A stretch of DNA of 63,006 bases, the filler included, from Licmophora abbreviata (Eukaryota), in NCBI GenBank assembly GCA_900291995.1. It is 8 parts of 8 records of this genome, joined end to end, with 100 filler letters (N's around TTAATTAATTAA, not from the genome) between each part and the next. Parts side by side here need not be neighbours in the genome. Positions count along the whole stretch, not along the records: positions 10,250 to 13,105 come from OLMU01000190.1; positions 13,206 to 22,074 come from OLMU01000191.1; positions 22,175 to 26,742 come from OLMU01000192.1; 5 more parts are not named here. One strand, 5' to 3'. The position numbers and the translations under genes are program-made. Positions 11,217 through 22,365 of the stretch are shown piece after piece (the stretch's first letter is position 1; every line of letters starts with the position of its first letter). Below the pieces are notes generated by a model. It was not told the DNA's origin. It was given only the letters and a program-made list of their open reading frames with translations, and searched no databases.

Positions 11217-13582
11217 ATGGGAAAGCGGCGCAATACCGCCAAGACGGGCGACTCTGCCATATACAAGGCACGCCATGCGCCTTCCGAGGAGTCCGCCGCC
11301 AATAGTGACGATGATGCGATGTACAACGAGATCGATCGGGCCAACAATCGTCGGGAACGGGAGGAATACCTGCGCCTTGACGGAGGAGCGGACAGTGACA
11401 GTGAAGACGACGGCATCTCTGGTCGGGAAGCAATACTCGATCTGGGAGGTGTTGAAAGCAGCAGCGAGGATGATAGTAGCAGTGAAGATGAGGAGTCAGT
11501 CGATGCCCCCGCCGACGAGGGAAGTAAATTGTCCACCGAAGAGGAGGCCGACTCGGGCAGCGACAGCGAGGAAGACGAGGTGGAAGAGACAGACGTTCGA
11601 GATTGGGGAAGGAAGAAGTCTGCGTACTATCATGGCGACACTGCTGATCTAGAGATTGGCCAGGATGAAGAGGACGCGTTCGTTGAGGAAAAAGCGGCGA
11701 AGGAAGTACTCGCAGCACGATACGCACAGATGGACGAGGATGATTATGCGTTGTCGGACGCCGAAGACGAAGTGCTAACAACAGAAAAGCCAATTGAGGA
11801 TATTCGAAGAGAACGAGACTTATCGAAACTTTCGAAGTCAGAACGACGTCGTCTTCTACAATCACATCACCCCGAGTTCTTGCCACTCATGTCGCATTTC
11901 GGGCAACGGGCAAAGGACTGGAGCGATCGGACTCGTATAGTCGAGAATGCTCTTCTGCAGTCCGACGGAGTGGAAGCCGCGACTGTAAGTACTGAAGCGA
12001 TAGAGTCATCGTCAGCACCCATGATAGGCGGGAGTCGAGGAGCAATACGCCCCTCTGAGGCTTCGGCAGAAAAGTGGTGCGATAGGAATGCCTCGGAGAT
12101 GACATAATCCTACGAGAAGGTCTAAAACCTTAGTGATCGCGTCTCGCTTGGTCTGTCTTCAACATGCTTGCGATCACTTCTTCCTCTACTCACTCACTGC
12201 TTTTTCCTCGACAGGCGGTTGGAGCTACACCCAATGGTCTGAAATTGCTAACTACAAAATCACTCGTTCAGGCGTCGACGGCGTTGAACGTGGCCGTCTA
12301 CCTTCTCCTGAAAGCTGAGCAGTCTTCCAACGGTAAACCGACGGCGGAAACGTCTTTTGCTCTTAATACACATGACGTAGCTGATGCAGTCATCAGCGCC
12401 CATCCAGTGATTGGGCGTCTACAGAAACTGAATAGCCTTGCCCAGAAGCTCGAAGACCGGGTCGAAACACGGGCTGGGAACCTGAGCGATCAGTTTGACA
12501 GTCTTGTCCAGGCGTCTGCGCTTATGGCCGCCGGTGTCAACGAAGAAGATGAACTTGAAGAAGATACACCATTGAATGAAAGAACGGACCGTCATAGCGA
12601 GTTTTCTATTGAAGAGGAAGGGATTGAAATTCGAATCGATGAAGGCAACGCCAAAGCTGGGCCTACAGCAGTATCGACTTCATCGTCGGATGACGAGAGA
12701 CAGCAGAAGCTCATGTTGAATGAAGCAAGGTTTGGACTTCGTTTGAATGAGCTTGGAAGGGGGGAGTCTGAGTTGGTACGAAAGACGAAGCGTCGTTCCC
12801 TCGCTGAACCTTCCGATTTTGGTGACGAACAGGACGATATGGCTGTCAGGAAGGCGACCCGAACTCTCGCCTCTACCGTGAATGCAATTGAGCAGAGATC
12901 GCAGACGAGAAAGCGCAATCGGAGAACAGCGCCAGCAGTCGAGGGTGTGGATGCTGTTGACGACAATCGAGATAGTCTCCGTCGTGGTATCGAATTGATG
13001 GAAGAGGAGCTAGACCGCCTCCAGAGTGACGATGAAGGAAAAGACAAAGTGGACGACGAGCTCGACGATGAGCTCGGCGACACCAACGACTTCTACTCGA
13101 GGATCNNNNNNNNNNNNNNNNNNNNNNNNNNNNNNNNNNNNNNNNNNNNTTAATTAATTAANNNNNNNNNNNNNNNNNNNNNNNNNNNNNNNNNNNNNNN
13201 NNNNNAAGTGGACGACGAGCTCGACGATGAGCTCGGCGACACCAACGACTTCTACTCGAGGATCTCTAGAAAAAGTAAGGAGAAAAAGAGTTTCAAGCGC
13301 GACTTGTACAAGGTTGCTCCGAAATATCCTGGTATGGAGGCCGAAGTTGAGGGGGAGAGAGCCATTAGTAGACAAATCCTTAAAAATCGGGGATTGGTGG
13401 CACACAAGTCGAAGCTCAATAGAAACCCTCGTGTCAAGAAACGTGAGCAGTATCGGAAAGCGCTCTTGCGACGAAAGGGTACCGTTCGTGAAGTGCGAAC
13501 TGACGAAGGTCACAAGTATGGTGGCGAAGAGACCGGCATCAAGAGCGGGCTCAGTCGTAGTCGAAAGCTCGGTCCCAGTTGA
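11217..13582 (+). CDS. SAS10: SAS10/UTP3, U3 snoRNP (SSU processome) subunit
   Basis: Acidic N-terminus with WGRKKSAYY, and a C-terminal Sas10 domain (RAISRQILKNRGL...RNPRVKKR...YGGEETGIK). Intron 11985-12214; interrupted by the spacer at 13106-13205. Confidence 0.92.
13106..13205. other. Artificial scaffold spacer; flanks overlap by 59 nt
   Basis: Same linker; 13047-13105 is repeated identically at 13206-13264. Confidence 0.97.
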
Positions 13583-13684
13583 TTATGGAGAGCATGCGAC
13601 ACTCCCACCGATGGCGTTGTGGATAACATTTAACTTGAGATTTAAACGCTAACAAATTTAGCAACCGAGAGTACCTGGTACGCT

Positions 13685-16204
13685 TCAGGTCTGTGGGAAA
13701 TCTTGGTAAAGGATGATATGGCTTAAGAGTGCCTCGATGCCAATGTCAGCGTATGCTCTGGCAGCTTTTCGATATCCTTCCCCGTAAATTTCGTTGTCAT
13801 CTGTTTCAATACTGAACTTGAAGTATTGCCTCAGCTTTGCTTCTGTGGGCCCCGCCTCGCCATGCGTCTCGCTCGAGGCGGAGTCCAATCCTTCTGTTAG
13901 GAAAAGCATAGCAATAAGCTGCGCCACGCCTTCCTCGACCTGCGGAGGAATTTGACGGGATATCTCAAAACTAGGGTGCAGCTTAATCCAAGCATGGGTT
14001 GCCTCGTGAGCCAGCACACTAGCTGTCAAGTCAGAAGGAAGCCCCGATAAGCAGAGAATACATGTCACACTTGCGTCGGGGTTCACTTTGTTCGGATCAG
14101 GAACTCGAAAATATGTGAACCCTTGTTCTTCCATGTCTCGAGACTGGAAGCTACCGCTCCGCTGATCAAACCTCAACCGTGAGATCTGGAGTTTGCGCCC
14201 GCTTTGGTGCTCCGATAGGCAGAGCCCTCGAGTCATAATCTGCGTTGATCCACCATGAGTGCCTCCAGCTTCCTGAAGCTGCATGTTCAATGCATCGTGA
14301 CCTACTACTAGAACTGGGACTTTCTTCATGTCTGGCCAGACCGGCAGTCCCAGTTTGCCCTCGAAGAAGGCCACCACCCGGTCCCACAGCGGCTTAGCGT
14401 CTGCACTATCAACAACGACAGTCCGGCAGCATGAGAAGCACACGCATCGACCAGCATCGTTCAGGTCTGCAAATGGGCTATCCTCTGGCTCGAATCGATG
14501 GCATCCCGTGCAACGACGGCCTGGATTCACAGCATGGCGCGGGCACATTTGTTCCGTGTCGAAGAAAGGGTGTTTTACATAGGATACCTTCCCGTCGGGG
14601 CCTGCAGGTATTTTCATGCAGCAAACGGCGCACTTGACTCCGTACAGCTCTTCATAACAAGAGCCGTGAAGGGGATAGCGCCCTCCGGAGTCATCGGACA
14701 TAAACGCGAACTTGGAGGATGGGTCAATTGTCTGGTTGCACCCGGCGCAACGGAAGCACTCGAGGTGGAACTTCTTGTTGAGGGCAACGACGTGCGTGCT
14801 AGCAGGCTGTTTGCAGACACAGCAGATACCCTGGGAGCGCGAAGGGAGTGGAATACCTTTCTTCTTGAGCTGAGCGCCTTTCTCCACAAGGCCGCCCATA
14901 TTGTGTGAAGCGCTCTCCGAATATGGCAACGGGCCTGGTCGCCCATGTTGCGGACGTGGGGGGATCGGCGCTGGGATCGAATGAGGAGGCGAATTAGCTC
15001 TCCCTGCGTTCTTCTTAGAAAATTTCAGCAGTCCCAGGCGCTTCTTCGTTTTCTCTTTTGGAGCAGGGATCGTTGGCATCATGTTATTCATCTCATCGTA
15101 TGAGCTATTCGATGCGCTAGCGCCGGCGGGGCCGCCACCTATACTACCAGCTAGCGGAACCGACCGGGGAGCACTTCGATAGGCGGGCTCTGCTATTCGT
15201 GGATTCGGCATTCTGAGTTCATTCTGCGGTGGAAGCTTGGTCTCTGGTCGGTCTGGGGGTCCTAATTCTGTCGTCTGTGAACCCTCCGATGGAGGTGATG
15301 CTTGAGCGTCAGTCGGCAGATCAGTCAGATCCCGCAGACTGTCTCCCGTTTCCTCCATCATTCGTGCTAATCGAGCATCGATTTCCTCCTGCTCCGTGAG
15401 GAACGACTTGGGTGTGCCAGGAGCTAGTGTCTTGCCGTCGTTCAGATTGCGCAAGCTCTGTCCCGTTTCCGTCATCATCCTTGCAAGTCTTGCATCTGCC
15501 TCCTCCTGAATGCCAGCCACGCGGCCACCAGTATCGAACAAGGATTCGGCCTCGGCGATTGCTCGCTGATAGTCAAAGCTATCCCCACTTTCCTGCATTG
15601 CACAAGGCTCCTCGGCATTTATATTCAGAGTCTCCATTTCCTGTAAGTGGATTGCAAGCTCCATGTCGTCCTTCGCATGCTGCTGGGGTTTCGTAGTATC
15701 TACTGGGCTCTTGCGCTGGATATCGAACAACGCCTGCGCCTGCACTCGTCTCGCGTACTCCAATCGATCCGCGATTCCGGCGTCACGTCCCTGTGTGGAC
15801 AAGCTAGCGCCCGAGAAATTTCCAGATGTATTAGGCCGCTGACCGGCGATCTCCTCCTCGTACTGCATTCTCCTGGCGTACTCTTCGTCATCTTCCAGAG
15901 AATTGAAGGTGACTTTTCTATCTTCTTCCACCATTTGCTGGTGCAAAAGCCGGGCAAGCATCTCGTCGTCAACATCCGAAGACGAACGACGAGTAGGCAT
16001 GCGGGCAGCACTAGGCACAACGCCAAAATCGCCACGTGACTGTCGCCTCCAGGTTTGTCTGGGCTTTCCGTCATCACTACTATCCGTCAGCAGCTGGGCA
16101 TTGGAAGGTTTAAGTTCGTCATCCGCTGAGGCCGCCCGTTGCTTAGGCATTCCGTCGTCATCCAGCAAGTGAATACGAGGGTCAAATGGCGGTTTGGTGG
16201 GCAT
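13685..16204 (-). CDS. DA1/DAR-like ubiquitin-binding LIM-domain zinc metallopeptidase (839 aa)
   Basis: Repeated UIM/MIU-like helices (DDEMLARLL, DDEEYARRMQ, DDMELAIHLQ, DARLARMM x2), a LIM domain (CCVC...FHLECFRCAGC...HGSC), a LIM-like Cys region, TRGLCLSE, and HExxH (LAHEATHAW) followed by EEGVAQ. Confidence 0.88.
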   Translation of the reverse strand: MPTKPPFDPRIHLLDDDGMPKQRAASADDELKPSNAQLLTDSSDDGKPRQTWRRQSRGDFGVVPSAARMPTRRSSSDVDDEMLARLLHQQMVEEDRKVTFNSLEDDEEYARRMQYEEEIAGQRPNTSGNFSGASLSTQGRDAGIADRLEYARRVQAQALFDIQRKSPVDTTKPQQHAKDDMELAIHLQEMETLNINAEEPCAMQESGDSFDYQRAIAEAESLFDTGGRVAGIQEEADARLARMMTETGQSLRNLNDGKTLAPGTPKSFLTEQEEIDARLARMMEETGDSLRDLTDLPTDAQASPPSEGSQTTELGPPDRPETKLPPQNELRMPNPRIAEPAYRSAPRSVPLAGSIGGGPAGASASNSSYDEMNNMMPTIPAPKEKTKKRLGLLKFSKKNAGRANSPPHSIPAPIPPRPQHGRPGPLPYSESASHNMGGLVEKGAQLKKKGIPLPSRSQGICCVCKQPASTHVVALNKKFHLECFRCAGCNQTIDPSSKFAFMSDDSGGRYPLHGSCYEELYGVKCAVCCMKIPAGPDGKVSYVKHPFFDTEQMCPRHAVNPGRRCTGCHRFEPEDSPFADLNDAGRCVCFSCCRTVVVDSADAKPLWDRVVAFFEGKLGLPVWPDMKKVPVLVVGHDALNMQLQEAGGTHGGSTQIMTRGLCLSEHQSGRKLQISRLRFDQRSGSFQSRDMEEQGFTYFRVPDPNKVNPDASVTCILCLSGLPSDLTASVLAHEATHAWIKLHPSFEISRQIPPQVEEGVAQLIAMLFLTEGLDSASSETHGEAGPTEAKLRQYFKFSIETDDNEIYGEGYRKAARAYADIGIEALLSHIILYQDFPQT

Positions 16205-16815
16205 GGCGTTGAGTGCTGGGACAGCGGGCTCGAGTTCCGCTCAATTTTGGACCTGAACTCAGAACGTCGAAAAAAGACACCTCGAATGAATCTTTTGCAA
16301 TCGTCTCGCAATTTCTAGCTCTGAGAATACTCCTTGTGTCCAAAAGCACTGTCTCAATGGTTTCCCCTTCTGCGATCGATCCATGCGAGTTCTGCAGTTT
16401 CCAGGTACCGCATGAGCAAGACCTTGACTGCCTTCGATCTTGGGCTGTGTCTTGGGTCACATCGTAACTTGAAACATCAAAGAACCCCCTCATCGTCACA
16501 GGACAGACGGAGGAGTGAGTCGAGTCGAGTGAGTCAGTCTTGTTTGACTTTCAAGTTGTGAACGAAACATAGACCGACTAGGTACAGACGCCTCCCATCG
16601 ATCGTACGGCGATGACATATCATGACACAGTATGTATGACACAGAGAGAGAAATAGATCGACGTCGCAGCAGACACATGATGTATGTTCAACGTCGATGA
16701 TGGCGTCGACTGTCGTTTCTTACCTATTTCGGGTACCGCCATTGAAGTCTTAAAGTTGAATTCGTTGCGGTGCGGCGACGGAAAGTTTCAGAAACAGAAT
16801 CTGACAGAATTGAGA

Positions 16816-19360
16816 ATGGGGCGAACAGGCGTCCGGGCCGCTCTTGCTATGTTCCTGCTTGCTGGGGCGTCGGCACTATCAACAAATGCGGCTACAGGAC
16901 GACAACAGGCAGGATCGTCGCCATCGACTGCTATCACTGGTCTCAGTCCTCAGGATTCAGGCCAGGGAACATCTCCCGGTTCGCTGGTCTCGGCATTTTC
17001 CCATGTTCACCTATACGTCGATCATGTGGAAGATGTGTCCGTATACAAAGAGCTCGAGGGCAGATTGAACCACTTTTCGGAAGGAAGAAAAGACACGAAT
17101 CCAGATTTAGAGGCTTCTCGAAGTCTGTGGCAGTCTGTCAATCCCAACAAGAGCAACGACCACATGTTTCGATCACAAAATCGCGATGTAGTGAAGCAAC
17201 TCTTGGCTGGCCTCGGCTTCCGCCTGACGGGATATCGCATGCCCGAGAACGTGTCGACCAACACTCGGTCCGTGCTTGTGACGTCTAAAGATCCCAAGGG
17301 CGTCCAGTTTGTTATATCGTCCATTGATGACAGCTCTGCAGTCGAATCTGATGACATAGAGTGCTTTGATGCTCGTAAGTAAATGGATTGCCAGCATTCT
17401 GTGCGTCAAAGGTTGCTACTTCAAACTTGAGGTGAGCGAATTGAATACCTCATGCTGATACCGCCCTGCAATTTTGTATCGTATCGCAGAACGCATTCGA
17501 AGCTTTTATGAGTGCCATCAAGGCCGACAGGGTGTGGCAGTGCTTGCCTTTCAGGTAGAGTCGGTCGATGCGATCAAGAGGCGATATCAACAGAGTCATT
17601 CGAAACTCATGCTTCGCAGCCAGACTATGGAAAATGGCACGAAAGTGCTTGAAGTGTGTGCCTATTATCAAGGCGAAATGGGAAGCTCCGACGCGGATGT
17701 TGGAACTGTACTTCGGTTCGTGGAGAGCCCCTCCTCGGATCGCCACGCATGCATCCTCCCGGGTTTGACGCCAGTGGAAGCTACCTTCGACTCTGCCGCG
17801 CAATCCGCATACTGCGATCACTGGGTCTCCAATGGTGAGTGACTCTTTGGAGGGCATGAACAATGTCTAGACTTCCGTACGCGTGTATTGTGATCTCATG
17901 GGGGTGCCCCTTGATGAATCTTTTTGTGACACGACAGTCGTCTCGAGGACAGGCTTCCTGAGTACATTGGAAGATACGCTTGGATTCATTCCAAAGGCCG
18001 ATTTCAATGCAGGAGTTGTAGCGGCAGGCGAGGCACAAATCGAAAGTACAGTGACTGGCAATAGTGCTACATTTGTGACTGCCGACGAGGTGGTGGCGTT
18101 GAAAAATCAAGGTCAGGTGTACCTCCCAATCAACAATGCACTATCGGAAGTCGGGTGAGTTATCGTTGCTGGCGTATACTGTCCACGTCGTCGTTCATTG
18201 TTTGATACAAGACTAATAAGTGCTATTTTCTGTTGTCTCTAGACACGTTCACGGATTCTTGCGGGAAATTGGACAAGGAGTTCAGCATATTGCGTCTCGC
18301 GTAGATAATTTGATCGACTTCGTCCAGCGAGCGAATCAAAGTCGCGACATGACGGGCGAAGGCTTTACGTTTCTCCGAATCCCTCGAAGTTATTACGGGA
18401 CACTATCGAAGAACGATCTTTGTGAGTTGGGTACAGAAGATGGAGTAAGCCCTGAGTGCGCGGGCTCCATTCTTGAGATATGCGAAAAAGGCGAAGTCTT
18501 ATCGGTGGACGGAGCTGTTCGTCTCGACGCTCGAGCCGAAGATGTAGATACACTTCTCGAGTCAGAGTTGATGGATACCAATTTGCTTGATTACCAGGAA
18601 AAGAAAGACAGTGTTTTGACGGCGATCCTTCGTTCTCGCTACAGCAACTTGTACAGCTTACTGGGAGATCAGCTATCCGAGGAGTCGTATCTGGGTCTCG
18701 TACGCAACCAAATTCTCGTGGATGTGCAGGTGCGTTGAGCATTCTGCCTGCCGACTGCTCCTGTATATATACACTGTACTCTACTCGCTGCATCGTATCT
18801 TACTCGGCTTCTCCCCTCCTTCTTTGCTCACACAGGGCGGCGACTTGTTGTACCAAATCTTCACGTCGAACATTCTTCAGCGCAACGAGGGCGAAGAAGC
18901 GCCTTTCCTGGAATTCATTCAACGCGTGTGCTCGCAACGCAAGGACGAGACAGGAACCCCCGCCCCCTTTAAGGCAGGATGTGGGGGCTTCGGTATCCGT
19001 AATTTTCTTTGCCTCTTCCTTAGTATCGAAGTCAGCAAGGCAATGATGGAGGTCAAGAGCGCGCAAACCAAGGAGCAGCGAGCGCACGCGCAAGAAATGG
19101 TCGACTGTTTTACGAACCAGCTTAATGAGTCGAACCCCATCTTGACGGAAATCTCCGACGCCATGACCGAAGAAGGACGTTGTAGAGGACGTCTGGAATC
19201 GGCCGGGGACCCGGACGAGAGAAGTAAGCGGCAACATGATTTGGTACGGGCCTCTGACGCAAAAGCTACTGCGAACCAAAAGCTCCTTGAATGCAGCACC
19301 AAGTACAAGTTTCTTATGAAATCGATCCGCGAACGGCGTCCGCATGATATGGGGCATTAG
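16816..19360 (+). CDS. HPPD: 4-hydroxyphenylpyruvate dioxygenase-like protein with signal/plastid presequence (~710 aa, 5 exons)
   Basis: Exons 16816-17374, 17490-17834, 17938-18154, 18243-18729 and 18836-19360 splice in frame at GT-AG sites. Motifs DHWVSN, GVQHIA, ILVD..GDLLYQIFT, FLEFIQR and GCGGFG.RNF..LF.SIE; the His/His/Glu iron triad is present. Confidence 0.8.
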
Positions 19361-19601
19361 TGGTCACTTCATCGGATTTCGGTGTCGGTTGTGTAGACAA
19401 GCCCCTCGACTGATTGTTGTGGCGCAATGCAGTCACAACACCGTATAGGAATCGTGTCCGATCGTCTGTCGATCGTAAAAGTACATACAAAGTATAACAG
19501 CGAACACACAGGTAGTATCCCCCTCACTAAATCTCAGACATAACATGGAATGGTGCGTAATATCTACACGGTACAAGACGGACCCATCTGAAAGAACATG
19601 C

Positions 19602-20474
19602 TCACTCATCCGGCGTCAAGTCACTGTCGTCGTCGTCGTCGTCTGAGTAGAAGGACCGATCCAGAGTTCCATCCTCGTCTGCGTCGTCAGAATATGCGCC
19701 ATTCAGTATGGTTTTTTCCTTTAAGTCGTGTAGCTCCTCCTTGCACATTTCCAAGTCGAATTCCAATAGCACGATCCGTTCGATCTTGTTGGCGAGTTCT
19801 CTCTTGAGTTTCGCGACATCAAAGTCAGATGCACTAGTATCGACACTCTTCAATGATCTCTGAGACGGTTGTCTAGACATGAGGCCTCGTGCTGATTGAA
19901 ACTGGCGATGCAACTTTTTGACTTGATCTTCACTGGCCTCCAACTGGTGCTCGAGCATCTTGTTGCGACTCTCATGCTCGGTACAATTCAGTTCCAAATC
20001 TTGCACTTGCGACCTCAGTTGATTCAGATTATCTGTGGTACCCGCCATGCTACTGCGCCGACGCTGTTGCTTGTGCCTGAGACGATCGACTTCGTATTGT
20101 AATTCAGCAATCTTCTTGTCGCGTGCCTCAAGCTGACGTCTCTTTTCGTCTGCCTTGCTTCGTAGTGTGGCAAGCGAATGTTCCTGCTTGACAGTGACTC
20201 GCTTCAAGGCCTTGACAGCCTCCATGAGCTTCTCTTCATTCGTCGAGGTGAGTGTACTCGCATCGCAAGGAACCATGGGTGGAGGTATTGACGCACGGCG
20301 GGGCTCTTGCTGCTGTTTCAAGGCATGCATGTGTCGTCGGAGCGTCTTGTTCTCTTCACTGAGCTGCTTCTTCTGCGCTTGCAGTTCGTAGATTTTCTCC
20401 AGCTTGCTCTTCTTTTTCTTTTTTGAGGCAGCAGCCGAGCCGGACGTATGAATGCTACTGTCAACAGACGCCAT
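19602..20474 (-). CDS. Hypothetical coiled-coil protein (290 aa)
   Basis: Single ATG-initiated ORF, heptad-like E/K/L/Q-rich composition, poly-K near the N-terminus and an acidic tail. Confidence 0.75.
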   Translation of the reverse strand: MASVDSSIHTSGSAAASKKKKKSKLEKIYELQAQKKQLSEENKTLRRHMHALKQQQEPRRASIPPPMVPCDASTLTSTNEEKLMEAVKALKRVTVKQEHSLATLRSKADEKRRQLEARDKKIAELQYEVDRLRHKQQRRRSSMAGTTDNLNQLRSQVQDLELNCTEHESRNKMLEHQLEASEDQVKKLHRQFQSARGLMSRQPSQRSLKSVDTSASDFDVAKLKRELANKIERIVLLEFDLEMCKEELHDLKEKTILNGAYSDDADEDGTLDRSFYSDDDDDDSDLTPDE

Positions 20475-20767
20475 GATCTCGAAAGCGTGTCGTGGGGCGG
20501 TAGTCTATGAAGATCAAAGGATTTCAGATTGGGCCGGTCGATGCCGTGCTCATGGTCGTTAGAAAATATTGCCACTTTCAACTTATGCGTTGGGCCTTTC
20601 GAGATTCCGAGAAGTCATTTCAATGACGTTTTCAATGACTGCGCGGTTGTGTTTGGAGGTCAAACTCGATTTCGGATGCTCCCAACTTTCAACTTTTGAA
20701 GGATCTTTCGAAAAAAATATGCGGACTCAACCATTATCATTGCAATCATCACAGCAAGACGATCATC

Positions 20768-21928
20768 ATGTCGCACTTTACGCGGCCCCTTTTCCCCTTT
20801 TACGTGATACTACTTACACTGTATTCATACTCTGAATCAGTCATTGCCTTTAGAAGTAGAAGTGCCTTCTTTATATTTGGATCCGAACGAGCGCCTCGAC
20901 TCTCCGCCGCCGCTCGCTCTCCTTGCGTCCTTCAAGATACTTCAGTGCCACAACACGCCGGGATCTCCGGAATCCTAGCTAACGATGGCGACGATGAAAA
21001 ACGCTATCCCGGAGTGCAAGTTCAGGAGGTAGAACTTTCGACAGGCGTCTCGGCTCAAGTCTTTGTCGCCAAACCAAACAAGACTCGCAAAACGAATCCA
21101 ACCTTGGTGTTCCTACATGGATCCTTTCACTCGTCATGGTGTTGGTGCGAGCGCTGGTTTCCTTATTTCTTAGAGAAGGGGTATCATTGTATTGCTCTTA
21201 GCTTGCGAGGGACTGGCGGGACATTCGCGGGAGAGGGTGTCAAGAAGGTGCAGATAGAGCAGCATGCCCGTGATATTGAGGCCTTTCTTAAAGAAATACC
21301 CAAGATTTCTGGCATTACGGCTTCGACTTCCAAACCGGTACTCATCTCACACTCGTTTGGTGGACTGGCAGTCATGAAGTATATGGAACTGTTCCCGGAA
21401 CAGAGTAGCACCCTGGCTGGCTTGATTACGATGTGCTCGGTACCTCCGAGTGGCAACGGCCCCATGACGCTTCGGTTCCTGCGACGATCACTCAAAAACA
21501 GCTACAAGATTACAGTAGGTTTCGCGATGAAGGCGTGCATCAATAATACAGACCTATGCCGCGACTTGTTCTTTGGAGGAACTGGCGATGATAACGGTGT
21601 GTCGGACGACGACATTGCCAGATTCCAAACTTACTTTCGTCGTGACACGGAAGCGACAATCGACATTTCGGACTTGTTGAAGCACTTACCTTCCCAGACG
21701 GCGGTGGATGGAAAGGCACCCAATCTTTCCAACTTTCCACCGTGTCTAGTGATTGGAGCGGACCGGGACTTCATTGTGGATCGAGAGGGTGTCGAAGAGA
21801 CGGCTGCGTACTTTGGACTGAACGGGCCTGTGATTGTCGACTCTCCTCACGATGTCATGCTGGGACGGAACTGGAACAAAGCTGCAGATGTTGTTCATCA
21901 GTGGGTGAACTCGCATGTAAAGTGCTAG
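20768..21928 (+). CDS. Alpha/beta-fold hydrolase, probably plastid-targeted
   Basis: LVFLHGSFHSSWCW, nucleophile elbow SHSFGG, acid GADRD and His SPHDVM. The N-terminal hydrophobic signal ends VIA-F (ASAFAP-like). Confidence 0.85.
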   Translation: MSHFTRPLFPFYVILLTLYSYSESVIAFRSRSAFFIFGSERAPRLSAAARSPCVLQDTSVPQHAGISGILANDGDDEKRYPGVQVQEVELSTGVSAQVFVAKPNKTRKTNPTLVFLHGSFHSSWCWCERWFPYFLEKGYHCIALSLRGTGGTFAGEGVKKVQIEQHARDIEAFLKEIPKISGITASTSKPVLISHSFGGLAVMKYMELFPEQSSTLAGLITMCSVPPSGNGPMTLRFLRRSLKNSYKITVGFAMKACINNTDLCRDLFFGGTGDDNGVSDDDIARFQTYFRRDTEATIDISDLLKHLPSQTAVDGKAPNLSNFPPCLVIGADRDFIVDREGVEETAAYFGLNGPVIVDSPHDVMLGRNWNKAADVVHQWVNSHVKC

Positions 21929-22074
21929 CGCTGGAGTTGTGGGGTAGCCTACCGTCTAGTCTTCTGCAACTTGCGATAACTCCGTCAAAATGTTCTCTTA
22001 TTACTCCCCCGCGCTGTGTTATCGTACATTCCTCTGTTGCCTTTCTAGAACCAGTTACTATAGCTAGCTAAGGG

Positions 22075-22174
22075 NNNNNNNNNNNNNNNNNNNNNNNNNN
22101 NNNNNNNNNNNNNNNNNNTTAATTAATTAANNNNNNNNNNNNNNNNNNNNNNNNNNNNNNNNNNNNNNNNNNNN
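22075..22174. other. Artificial scaffold spacer
   Basis: Same N44-TTAATTAATTAA-N44 linker, intergenic. Confidence 0.97.
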
Positions 22175-22365
22175 CTAAAGGCAGATTGTATCGTGGGGTA
22201 GTCTAACAGAACCCGGAGTCCAGACCCACAGCGACACGCGACGCTCTCGTCAGTCCACACAACACACACAACATAAGACCATGAGACTTCGTATCGCTGG
22301 CGTCACCGTTTGCTCGTCCATCTCTTTCAACTGGTTCGTCCATCTCCTCGTGTCACAGAAGAGCC

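Noticed and set aside
13047..13264. Apparent 59-nt direct repeat (DDELDDELGDTNDFYSRI twice) in SAS10
   Set aside because: It exactly flanks a spacer and is best explained as an unmerged contig overlap; the same applies to the 20-nt repeat at 56722/56842.
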